A stretch of DNA of 64,000 nt. Origin: the human T2T-CHM13v2.0 reference genome, Homo sapiens. Positions 49,501 to 61,500 of this stretch are shown in pieces; the stretch's first letter is position 1; every line of letters begins with the position of its first letter. A model generated the notes under the pieces. It did not search any database. It had not been told where the DNA came from and saw nothing but the letters and a program-made list of their open reading frames with translations. Location of the stretch: the NCBI RefSeq assembly GCF_009914755.1, contig NC_060947.1. One strand, given 5' to 3'. Both the position numbers and the translations under genes were made by a program.

Positions 49501-52500
49501 AAGGAAAGTTCAACTCTGGGAGTTGAATACAAACATCACAAAGTAGTTTCCGAGAATGCTTCTGTTTAGTTTTTATGTGAAGATGATCCCGTTTCCAGTG
49601 AAATCTTCAAAGAGGTCCACATATCCCCTTGCAGATTCCAAAGAAAGAGGGTTTCAAAACTGCTCCATCAGAAGGATTGTTCAACTCTGTGAGTTGAATG
49701 CAGTCATCGCAGAAAACTTTCTGAGAATGCTTCTGTCTAGGTTTGATGTGAAGATATAGACGTTTCAAACGAAGGCTACAAAGTGGTCAAAATATACACT
49801 TGCAGATTCTACTACAAGGGTGTTGCAAACCTGAACTATCAAAGGAAGGTTCAACTCTGTGAGTTGAATACAAACATCACAAAGAATGTTCTGAGTTTGC
49901 TTCCGTTCAGTTATGGGAAGTTGATCCCGTTTCCAACGAAATCCTCAGAGAGGTCCAAATATCCCCTTGCAGATTCTACAAAACGTGTGTTTGGAAACTG
50001 CTCCATCATAACGAATGTTCAGCTCCCTGAGTTAAACTCCATCGTCACAAAGAATTTTCTGAGAGTGCTACCGTCTGGTTTTTATATGAAGCTCTTTCCT
50101 TCACTACCACAGGCCTCAAAGCGGTCCAAATCTCCACTTGCAGATTCTACAAAAAGAGTGTTTGCAAACTGCTCTATCAAAAGGAATGTTCAACTCTGGG
50201 AGTTGAATGCAATCATCACAGAGCAGTTTCTGAGAATGCTTCTATGTCGTTTTTAGGAGAAGATATTTCCTTTTCCAACACAGTCCTCCAAGCCCGCTAA
50301 ATAGCCACTTGCACATTGTAGAAAAAGTGTGTCAAAGCTGCGCTATCAAAGGGAAAGTTCAACTCTGTGAGGTGAATGCAAACATCCCAAAGAAGTTTCT
50401 GAGAATGCTTCCGTTTAGCTTTTAGGTGAAGATTATCCCGTTTCCAACGAAACCTTCAAAGAGGTCCAAATATCCCCTTGCGGATCCCACAGAAAGAGTG
50501 TTTCGAAACTGCTGTTTCAAAAGGAATCTTCAACTCTGTGAGTTGAATGCAATCATCACAAAGAAGTTTCTGACAATGCTTCTCTCTCGTCTTTCTGTGA
50601 AGATAAAGGAAAAGGCTTTCAGGCCTTTTCCACCACAGGCCTGAAAGCACTCCAAATGTCCACTTGCAGATTCTGCGAAAAGAATATTTCAAAACTGCTC
50701 TACGAAAAGCAATGTTAAACTCTGTGGCTCGAACACAAACATCACAAAGCGGTTTCTGAGAATGCTTCAGTTTAGTTTTTCTGTGGAAATATTCCCGTTT
50801 CCAAAGAAATCTTCAAAGAGGTCCACGTATCCACTTACAGATTCTACAAAAAGACAGTTTCAAAACTGCTCCATCAAAAGGAGGGTTCAACTGTGTGACT
50901 TGAATGCAATCATCACTCAGAAGTTTCTGAGAATGCTTCTCTTTAGTTTTTACGTGAACATATACCCGTTTCGAACGAAGGCCAGCCAGTGGTCCAAATA
51001 TCCACTTGCAGATTCTACAGAAAGAGTGTTTCGAACCTGAACTCTCAAAGGCAGGTTCATCTCTGCGAGTTAAATGCATTCATCATGAAGAACTTTCTCA
51101 GAGTGTTTGTGTTTAGTTATGGGAAATTATTCCCGTTTCCAACGAAATCCTCAGAGAGCTCCAAATATCCACCTGCAGATTCTACCAAAAGTGTATTTGG
51201 AAACTGCTCCATCAAAAGGCATGTTCAGCTCTGTGAGTGAAACTCCATCATCACAAAGAATATTCTGAGAATGCTTCCGTTTGCCTTTTATATGAAGTTC
51301 CTTCCTATACGACCGTAGGCCTCAAAGCAGTCCAAATCTCCATTTGCAGATTCTACAAAAAGAGTGATTCCAATCTGCTCTATCAATAGGATTGTTCAAC
51401 TCCATGAGTTGAATGCCATCCTCACAAAGTCGTTTCTGAGAATGCTTCTATCTAGTTTTTATGTGAAGATATTTCCTTTTCCACCACAGGCCTCAAAGCC
51501 CTCCAAACGTCCACTTGCAGATTCTCGAAAAAGAGTGTTTCATAGCTGCTCTTTGAAAAGGAAAGTTCAACTCTGGGAGTTGAATACAAACATCACAAAG
51601 TAGTTTCCGAGAATGCTTCTGTTTAGTTTTTATGTGAAGATGATCCCGTTTCCAGTGAAATCTTCAAAGAGGTCCACATATCCCCTTGCAGATTCCAAAG
51701 AAAGAGGGTTTCAAAACTGCTCCATCAGAAGGATTGTTCAACTCTGTGAGTTGAATGCAGTCATCGCAGAAAACTTTCTGAGAATGCTTCTGTCTAGGTT
51801 TGATGTGAAGATATAGACGTTTCAAACGAAGGCTACAAAGTGGTCAAAATATACACTTGCAGATTCTACTACAAGGGTGTTGCAAACCTGAACTATCAAA
51901 GGAAGGTTCAACTCTGTGAGTTGAATACAAACATCACAAAGAATGTTCTGAGTTTGCTTCCGTTCAGTTATGGGAAGTTGATCCCGTTTCCAACGAAATC
52001 CTCAGAGAGGTCCAAATATCCCCTTGCAGATTCTACAAAACGTGTGTTTGGAAACTGCTCCATCATAATGAATGTTCAGCTCCCTGAGTTAAACTCCATC
52101 GTCACAAAGAATTTTCTGAGAGTGCTACCGTCTGGTTTTTATATGAAGCTCTTTCCTTCACTACCACAGGCCTCAAAGCGGTCCAAATCTCCACTTCCAG
52201 ATTCTACAAAAAGAGTGTTTGCAAACTGCTCTATCAAAAGGAATGTTCAACTCTGGGAGTTGAATGCAATCATCACAGAGCAGTTTCTGAGAATGCTTCT
52301 ATGTCGTTTTTAGGAGAAGATATTTCCTTTTCCAACACAGTCCTCCAAGCCCGCTAAATAGCCACTTGCACATTGTAGAAAAAGTGTGTCAAAGCTGCGC
52401 TATCAAAGGGAAAGTTCAACTCTGTGAGGTGAATGCAAACATCCCAAAGAAGTTTCTGAGAATGCTTCCGTTTAGCTTTTAGGTGAAGATTATCCCGTTT

Positions 52501-55500
52501 CCAATGAAACCTTCAAAGAGGTCCAAATATCACCTTGCGGATCCCACAGAAAGAGTGTTTCGAAACTGCTGTTTCAAAAGGAATCTTCAACTCTGTGAGT
52601 TGAATGCAATCATCACAAAGAAGTTTCTGACAATGCTTCTCTCTCGTCTTTCTGTGAAGATAAAGGAAAAGGCTTTCAGGCCTTTTCCACCACAGGCCTG
52701 AAAGCGCTCCAAATGTCCACTTGCAGATTCTGCGAAAAGAATATTTCAAAACTGCTCTATGAAAAGCAATGTTAAACTCTGTGGCTCGAACACAAACATC
52801 ACAAAGCGGTTTCTGAGAATGCTTCAGTTTAGTTTTTCTGTGGAAATATTCCCGTTTCCAAAGAAATCTTCAAAGAGGTCCACGTATCCACTTACAGATT
52901 CTACAAAAAGACAGTTTCAAAACTGCTCCATCAAAAGGAGGGTTCAACTGTGTGACTTGAATGCAATCATCACTCAGAAGTTTCTGAGAATGCTTCTCTT
53001 TAGTTTTTACGTGAACATATACCCGTTTCGAACGAAGGCCAGCCAGTGGTCCAAATATCCACTTGCAGATTCTACAGAAAGAGTGTTTCGAACCTGAACT
53101 CTCAAAGGCAGGTTCATCTCTGCGAGTTAAATGCATTCATCATGAAGAACTTTCTCAGAGTGTTTGTGTTTAGTTATGGGAAATTATTCCCGTTTCCAAC
53201 GAAATCCTCAGAGAGCTCCAAATATCCACCTGCAGATTCTACCAAAAGTGTATTTGGAAACTGCTCCATCAAAAGGCATGTTCAGCTCTGTGAGTGAAAC
53301 TCCATCATCACAAAGAATATTCTGAGAATGCTTCCGTTTGCCTTTTATATGAAGTTCCTTCCTATACGACCGTAGGCCTCAAAGCAGTCCAAATCTCCAT
53401 TTGCAGATTCTACAAAAAGAGTGATTCCAATCTGCTCTATCAATAGGATTGTTCAACTCCATGAGTTGAATGCCATCCTCACAAAGTAGTTTCTGAGAAT
53501 GCTTCTATCTAGTTTTTATGTGAAGATATTTCCTTTTCCACCACAGGCCTCAAAGCCCTCCAAACGTCCACTTGCAGATTCTCGAAAAAGAGTGTTTCAT
53601 AGCTGCTCTTTGAAAAGGAAAGTTCAACTCTGGGAGTTGAATACAAACATCACAAAGTAGTTTCCGAGAATGCTTCTGTTTAGTTTTTATGTGAAGATGA
53701 TCCCGTTTCCAGTGAAATCTTCAAAGAGGTCCACATATCCCCTTGCAGATTCCAAAGAAAGAGGGTTTCAAAACTGCTCCATCAGAAGGATTGTTCAACT
53801 CTGTGAGTTGAATGCAGTCATCGCAGAAAACTTTCTGAGAATGCTTCTGTCTAGGTTTGATGTGAAGATATAGACGTTTCAAACGAAGGCTACAAAGTGG
53901 TCAAAATATACACTTGCAGATTCTACTACAAGGGTGTTGCAAACCTGAACTATCAAAGGAAGGTTCAACTCTGTGAGTTGAATACAAACATCACAAAGAA
54001 TGTTCTGAGTTTGCTTCCGTTCAGTTATGGGAAGTTGATCCCGTTTCCAACGAAATCCTCAGAGAGGTCCAAATATCCCCTTGCAGATTCTACAAAACGT
54101 GTGTTTGGAAACTGCTCCATCATAACGAATGTTCAGCTCCCTGAGTTAAACTCCATCGTCACAAAGAATTTTCTGAGAGTGCTACCGTCTGGTTTTTATA
54201 TGAAGCTCTTTCCTTCACTACCACAGGCCTCAAAGCGGTCCAAATCTCCACTTGCAGATTCTACAAAAAGAGTGTTTGCAAACTGCTCTATCAAAAGGAA
54301 TGTTCAACTCTGGGAGTTGAATGCAATCATCACAGAGCAGTTTCTGAGAATGCTTCTATGTCGTTTTTAGGAGAAGATATTTCCTTTTCCAACACAGTCC
54401 TCCAAGCCCGCTAAATAGCCACTTGCACATTGTAGAAAAAGTGTGTCAAAGCTGCGCTATCAAAGGGAAAGTTCAACTCTGTGAGGTGAATGCAAACATC
54501 CCAAAGAAGTTTCTGAGAATGCTTCCGTTTAGCTTTTAGGTGAAGATTATCCCGTTTCCAACGAAACCTTCAAAGAGGTCCAAATATCCCCTTGCGGATC
54601 CCACAGAAAGAGTGTTTCGAAACTGCTGTTTCAAAAGGAATCTTCAACTCTGTGAGTTGAATGCAATCATCACAAAGAAGTTTCTGACAATGCTTCTCTC
54701 TCGTCTTTCTGTGAAGATAAAGGAAAAGGCTTTCAGGCCTTTTCCACCACAGGCCTGAAAGCGCTCCAAATGTCCACTTGCAGATTCTGCGAAAAGAATA
54801 TTTCAAAACTGCTCTATGAAAAGCAATGTTAAACTCTGTGGCTCGAACACAAACATCACAAAGCGGTTTCTGAGAATGCTTCAGTTTAGTTTTTCTGTGG
54901 AAATATTCCCGTTTCCAAAGAAATCTTCAAAGAGGTCCACGTATCCACTTACAGATTCTACAAAAAGACAGTTTCAAAACTGCTCCATCAAAAGGAGGGT
55001 TCAACTGTGTGACTTGAATGCAATCATCACTCAGAAGTTTCTGAGAATGCTTCTCTTTAGTTTTTACGTGAACATATACCCGTTTCGAACGAAGGCCAGC
55101 CAGTGGTCCAAATATCCACTTGCAGATTCTACAGAAAGAGTGTTTCGAACCTGAACTCTCAAAGGCAGGTTCATCTCTGCGAGTTAAATGCATTCATCAT
55201 GAAGAACTTTCTCAGAGTGTTTGTGTTTAGTTATGGGAAATTATTCCCGTTTCCAACGAAATCCTCAGAGAGCTCCAAATATCCACCTGCAGATTCTACC
55301 AAAAGTGTATTTGGAAACTGCTCCATCAAAAGGCATGTTCAGCTCTGTGAGTGAAACTCCATCATCACAAAGAATATTCTGAGAATGCTTCCGTTTGCCT
55401 TTTATATGAAGTTCCTTCCTATACGACCGTAGGCCTCAAAGCAGTCCAAATCTCCATTTGCAGATTCTACAAAAAGAGTGATTCCAATCTGCTCTATCAA

Positions 55501-58500
55501 TAGGATTGTTCAACTCCATGAGTTGAATGCCATCCTCACAAAGTAGTTTCTGAGAATGCTTCTATCTAGTTTTTATGTGAAGATATTTCCTTTTCCACCA
55601 CAGGCCTCAAAGCCCTCCAAACGTCCACTTGCAGATTCTCGAAAAAGAGTGTTTCATAGCTGCTCTTTCAAAAGGAAAGTTCAACTCTGGGAGTTGAATA
55701 CAAACATCACAAAGTAGTTTCCGAGAATGCTTCTGTTTAGTTTTTATGTGAAGATGATCCCGTTTCCAGTGAAATCTTCAAAGAGGTCCACATATCCCCT
55801 TGCAGATTGCAAAGAAAGAGGGTTTCAAAACTGCTCCATCAGAAGGATTGTTCAACTCTGTGAGTTGAATGCAGTCATCGCAGAAAACTTTCTGAGAATG
55901 CTTCTGTCTAGGTTTGATGTGAAGATATAGACGTTTCAAACGAAGGCTACAAAGTGGTCAAAATATACACTTGCAGATTCTACTACAAGGGTGTTGCAAA
56001 CCTGAACTATCAAAGGAAGGTTCAACTCTGTGAGTTGAATACAAACATCACAAAGAATGTTCTGAGTTTGCTTCCGTTCAGTTATGGGAAGTTGATCCCG
56101 TTTCCAACGAAATCCTCAGAGAGGTCCAAATATCCCCTTGCAGATTCTACAAAACGTGTGTTTGGAAACTGCTCCATCATAACGAATGTTCAGCTCCCTG
56201 AGTTAAACTCCATCGTCACAAAGAATTTTCTGAAAGTGCTACCGTCTGGTTTTTATATGAAGTTCTTTCCTTCACTACCACAGGCCTCAAAGCGGTCCAA
56301 ATCTCCACTTGCAGATTCTACAAAAAGAGTGTTTGCAAACTGCTCTATCAAAAGGAATGTTCAACTCTGGGAGTTGAATGCAATCATCACAGAGCAGTTT
56401 CTGAGAATGCTTCTATGTCGTTTTTAGGAGAAGATATTTCCTTTTCCAACACAGTCCTCCAAGCCCGCTAAAGATCCACTTGCACATTGTAGAAAAAGTG
56501 TGTCAAAGCTGCGCTATCAAAGGGAAAGTTCAACTCTGTGAGGTGAATGCAAACATCCCAAAGAAGTTTCTGAGAATGCTTCCGTTTAGCTTTTAGGTGA
56601 AGATTATCCCGTTTCCAACGAAACCTTCAAAGAGGTCCAAATATCCCCTTGCGGATCCCACAGAAAGAGTGTTTCGAAACTGCTGTTTCAAAAGGAATCT
56701 TCAACTCTGTGAGTTGAATGCAATCATCACAAAGAAGTTTCTGACAATGCTTCTCTCTCGTCTTTCTGTGAAGATAAAGGAAAAGGCTTTCAGGCCTTTT
56801 CCACCACAGGCCTGAAAGCGCTCCAAATGTCCACTTGCAGATTCTGCCAAAAGAATATTTCAAAACTGCTCTATGAAAAGCAATGTTAAACTCTGTGGCT
56901 CGAACACAAACATCACAAAGCGGTTTCTGAGAATGCTTCAGTTTAGTTTTTCTGTGGAAATATTCCCGTTTCCAAAGAAATCTTCAAAGAGGTCCACATA
57001 TCCACTTACAGATTCTACAAAAAGACAGTTTCAAAACTGCTCCATCAAAAGGAGGGTTCAACTGTGTGACTTGAATGCAATCATCACTCAGAAGTTTCTG
57101 AGAATGCTTCTCTTTAGTTTTTACGTGAACATATACCCGTTTCGAACGAAGGCCAGCCAGTGGTCCAAATATCCACTTGCAGATTCTACAGAAAGAGTGT
57201 TTCGAACCTGAACTCTCAAAGGCAGGTTCATCTCTGCGAGTTAAATGCATTCATCATGAAGAACTTTCTCAGAGTGTTTGTGTTTAGTTATGGGAAATTA
57301 TTCCCGTTTCCAACGAAATCCTCAGAGAGCTCCAAATATCCACCTGCAGATTCTACCAAAAGTGTATTTGGAAACTGCTCCATCAAAAGGCATGTTCAGC
57401 TCTGTGAGTGAAACTCCATCATCACAAAGAATATTCTGAGAATGCTTCCGTTTGCCTTTTATATGAAGTTCCTTCCTATACGACCGTAGGCCTCAAAGCA
57501 GTCCAAATCTCCATTTGCAGATTCTACAAAAAGAGTGATTCCAATCTGCTCTATCAATAGGATTGTTCAACTCCATGAGTTGAATGCCATCCTCACAAAG
57601 TAGTTTCTGAGAATGCTTCTATCTAGTTTTTATGTGAAGATATTTCCTTTTCCACCACAGGCCTCAAAGCCCTCCAAACGTCCACTTGCAGATTCTCGAA
57701 AAAGAGTGTTTCATAGCTGCTCTTTCAAAAGGAAAGTTCAACTCTGGGAGTTGAATACAAACATCACAAAGTAGTTTCCGAGAATGCTTCTGTTTAGTTT
57801 TTATGTGAAGATGATCCCGTTTCCAGTGAAATCTTCAAAGAGGTCCACATATCCCCTTGCAGATTCCAAAGAAAGAGGGTTTCAAAACTGCTCCATCAGA
57901 AGGATTGTTCAACTCTGTGAGTTGAATGCAGTCATCGCAGAAAACTTTCTGAGAAGGCTTCTGTCTAGGTTTGATGTGAAGATATAGACGTTTCAAACGA
58001 AGGCTACAAAGTGGTCAAAATATACACTTGCAGATTCTACTACAAGGGTGTTGCAAACCTGAACTATCAAAGGAAGGTTCAACTCTGTGAGTTGAATACA
58101 AACATCACAAGGAATGTTCTGAGTTTGCTTCCGTTCAGTTATGGGAAGTTGATCCCGTTTCCAACGAAATCCTCAGAGAGGTCCAAATATCCCCTTGCAG
58201 ATTCTACAAAACGTGTGTTTGGAAACTGCTCCATCATAACGAATGTTCAGCTCCCTGAGTTAAACTCCATCGTCACAAAGAATTTTCTGAGAGTGCTACC
58301 GTCTGGTTTTTATATGAAGCTCTTTCCTTCACTACCACAGGCCTCAAAGCGGTCCAAATCTCCACTTGCAGATTCTACAAAAAGAGTGTTTGCAAACTGC
58401 TCTATCAAAAGGAATGTTCAACTCTGGGAGTTGAATGCAATCATCACAGAGCAGTTTCTGAGAATGCTTCTATGTCGTTTTTAGGAGAAGATATTTCCTT

Positions 58501-61500
58501 TTCCAACACAGTCCTCCAAGCCCGCTAAATAGCCACTTGCACATTGTAGAAAAAGTGTGTCAAAGCTGCGCTATCAAAGGGAAAGTTCAACTCTGTGAGG
58601 TGAATGCAAACATCCCAAAGAAGTTTCTGAGAATGCTTCCGTTTAGCTTTTAGGTGAAGATTATCCCGTTTCCAACGAAACCTTCAAAGAGGTCCAAATA
58701 TCCCCTTGCGGATCCCACAGAAAGAGTGTTTCGAAACTGCTGTTTCAAAAGGAATCTTCAACTCTGTGAGTTGAATGCAATCATCACAAAGAAGTTTCTG
58801 ACAATGCTTCTCTCTCGTCTTTCTGTGAAGATAAAGGAAAAGGCTTTCAGGCCTTTTCCACCACAGGCCTGAAAGCGCTCCAAATGTCCACTTGCAGATT
58901 CTGCCAAAAGAATATTTCAAAACTGCTCTATGAAAAGCAATGTTAAACTCTGTGGCTCGAACACAAACATCACAAAGCGGTTTCTGAGAATGCTTCAGTT
59001 TAGTTTTTCTGTGGAAATATTCCCGTTTCCAAAGAAATCTTCAAAGAGGTCCACGTATCCACTTACAGATTCTACAAAAAGACAGTTTCAAAACTGCTCC
59101 ATCAAAAGGAGGGTTCAACTGTGTGACTTGAATGCAATCATCACTCAGAAGTTTCTGAGAATGCTTCTCTTTAGTTTTTACGTGAACATATAGCCGTTTC
59201 GAACGAAGGCCAGCCAGTGGTCCAAATATCCACTTGCAGATTCTACAGAAAGAGTGTTTCGAACCTGAACTCTCAAAGGCAGGTTCATCTCTGCGAGTTA
59301 AATGCATTCATCATGAAGAACTTTCTCAGAGTGTTTGTGTTTAGTTATGGGAAATTATTCCCGTTTCCAACGAAATCCTCAGAGAGCTCCAAATATCCAC
59401 CTGCAGATTCTACCAAAAGTGTATTTGGAAACTGCTCCATCAAAAGGCATGTTCAGCTCTGTGAGTGAAACTCCATCATCACAAAGAATATTCTGAGAAT
59501 GCTTCCGTTTGCCTTTTATATGAAGTTCCTTCCTATACGACCGTAGGCCTCAAAGCAGTCCAAATCTCCATTTGCAGATTCTACAAAAAGAGTGATTCCA
59601 ATCTGCTCTATCAATAGGATTGTTCAACTCCATGAGTTGAATGCCATCCTCACAAAGTAGTTTCTGAGAATGCTTCTGTCTAGTTTTTATGTGAAGATAT
59701 TTCCTTTTCCACCACAGGCCTCAAAGCCCTCCAAACGTCCACTTGCAGATTCTCGAAAAAGAGTGTTTCATAGCTGCTCTTTCAAAAGGAAAGTTCAACT
59801 CTGGTAGTTGAATACAAACATCACAAAGTAGTTTCCGAGAATGCTTCTGTTTAGTTTTTATGTGAAGATGATCCCGTTTCCAGTGAAATCTTCAAAGAGG
59901 TCCACATATCCCCTTGCAGATTGCAAAGAAAGAGGGTTTCAAAACTGCTCCATCAGAAGGATTGTTCAACTCTGTGAGTTGAATGCAGTCATCGCAGAAA
60001 ACTTTCTGAGAATGCTTCTGTCTAGGTTTGATGTGAAGATATAGACGTTTCAAACGAAGGCTACAAAGTGGTCAAAATATACACTTGCAGATTCTACTAC
60101 AAGGGTGTTGCAAACCTGAACTATCAAAGGAAGGTTCAACTCTGTGAGTTGAATACAAACATCACAAAGAATGTTCTGAGTTTGCTTCCGTTCAGTTATG
60201 GGAAGTTGATCCCGTTTCCAACGAAATCCTCAGAGAGGTCCAAATATCCCCTTGCAGATTCTACAAAACGTGTGTTTGGAAACTGCTCCATCATAACGAA
60301 TGTTCAGCTCCCTGAGTTAAACTCCATCGTCACAAAGAATTTTCTGAAAGTGCTACCGTCTGGTTTTTATATGAAGTTCTTTCCTTCACTACCACAGGCC
60401 TCAAAGCGGTCCAAATCTCCACTTGCAGATTCTACAAAAAGAGTGTTTGCAAACTGCTCTATCAAAAGGAATGTTCAACTCTGGGAGTTGAATGCAATCA
60501 TCACAGAGCAGTTTCTGAGAATGCTTCTATGTCGTTTTTAGGAGAAGATATTTCCTTTTCCAACACAGTCCTCCAAGCCCGCTAAAGATCCACTTGCACA
60601 TTGTAGAAAAAGTGTGTCAAAGCTGCGCTATCAAAGGGAAAGTTCAACTCTGTGAGGTGAATGCAAACATCCCAAAGAAGTTTCTGAGAATGCTTCCGTT
60701 TAGCTTTTAGGTGAAGATTATCCCGTTTCCAACGAAACCTTCAAAGAGGTCCAAATATCCCCTTGCGGATCCCACAGAAAGAGTGTTTCGAAACTGCTGT
60801 TTCAAAAGGAATCTTCAACTCTGTGAGTTGAATGCAATCATCACAAAGAAGTTTCTGACAATGCTTCTCTCTCGTCTTTCTGTGAAGATAAAGGAAAAGG
60901 CTTTCAGGCCTTTTCCACCACAGGCCTGAAAGCGCTCCAAATGTCCACTTGCAGATTCTGCCAAAAGAATATTTCAAAACTGCTCTATGAAAAGCAATGT
61001 TAAACTCTGTGGCTCGAACACAAACATCACAAAGCGGTTTCTGAGAATGCTTCAGTTTAGTTTTTCTGTGGAAATATTCCCGTTTCCAAAGAAATCTTCA
61101 AAGAGGTCCACATATCCACTTACAGATTCTACAAAAAGACAGTTTCAAAACTGCTCCATCAAAAGGAGGGTTCAACTGTGTGACTTGAATGCAATCATCA
61201 CTCAGAAGTTTCTGAGAATGCTTCTCTTTAGTTTTTACGTGAACATATACCCGTTTCGAACGAAGGCCAGCCAGTGGTCCAAATATCCACTTGCAGATTC
61301 TACAGAAAGAGTGTTTCGAACCTGAACTCTCAAAGGCAGGTTCATCTCTGCGAGTTAAATGCATTCATCATGAAGAACTTTCTCAGAGTGTTTGTGTTTA
61401 GTTATGGGAAATTATTCCCGTTTCCAACGAAATCCTCAGAGAGCTCCAAATATCCACCTGCAGATTCTACCAAAAGTGTATTTGGAAACTGCTCCATCAA

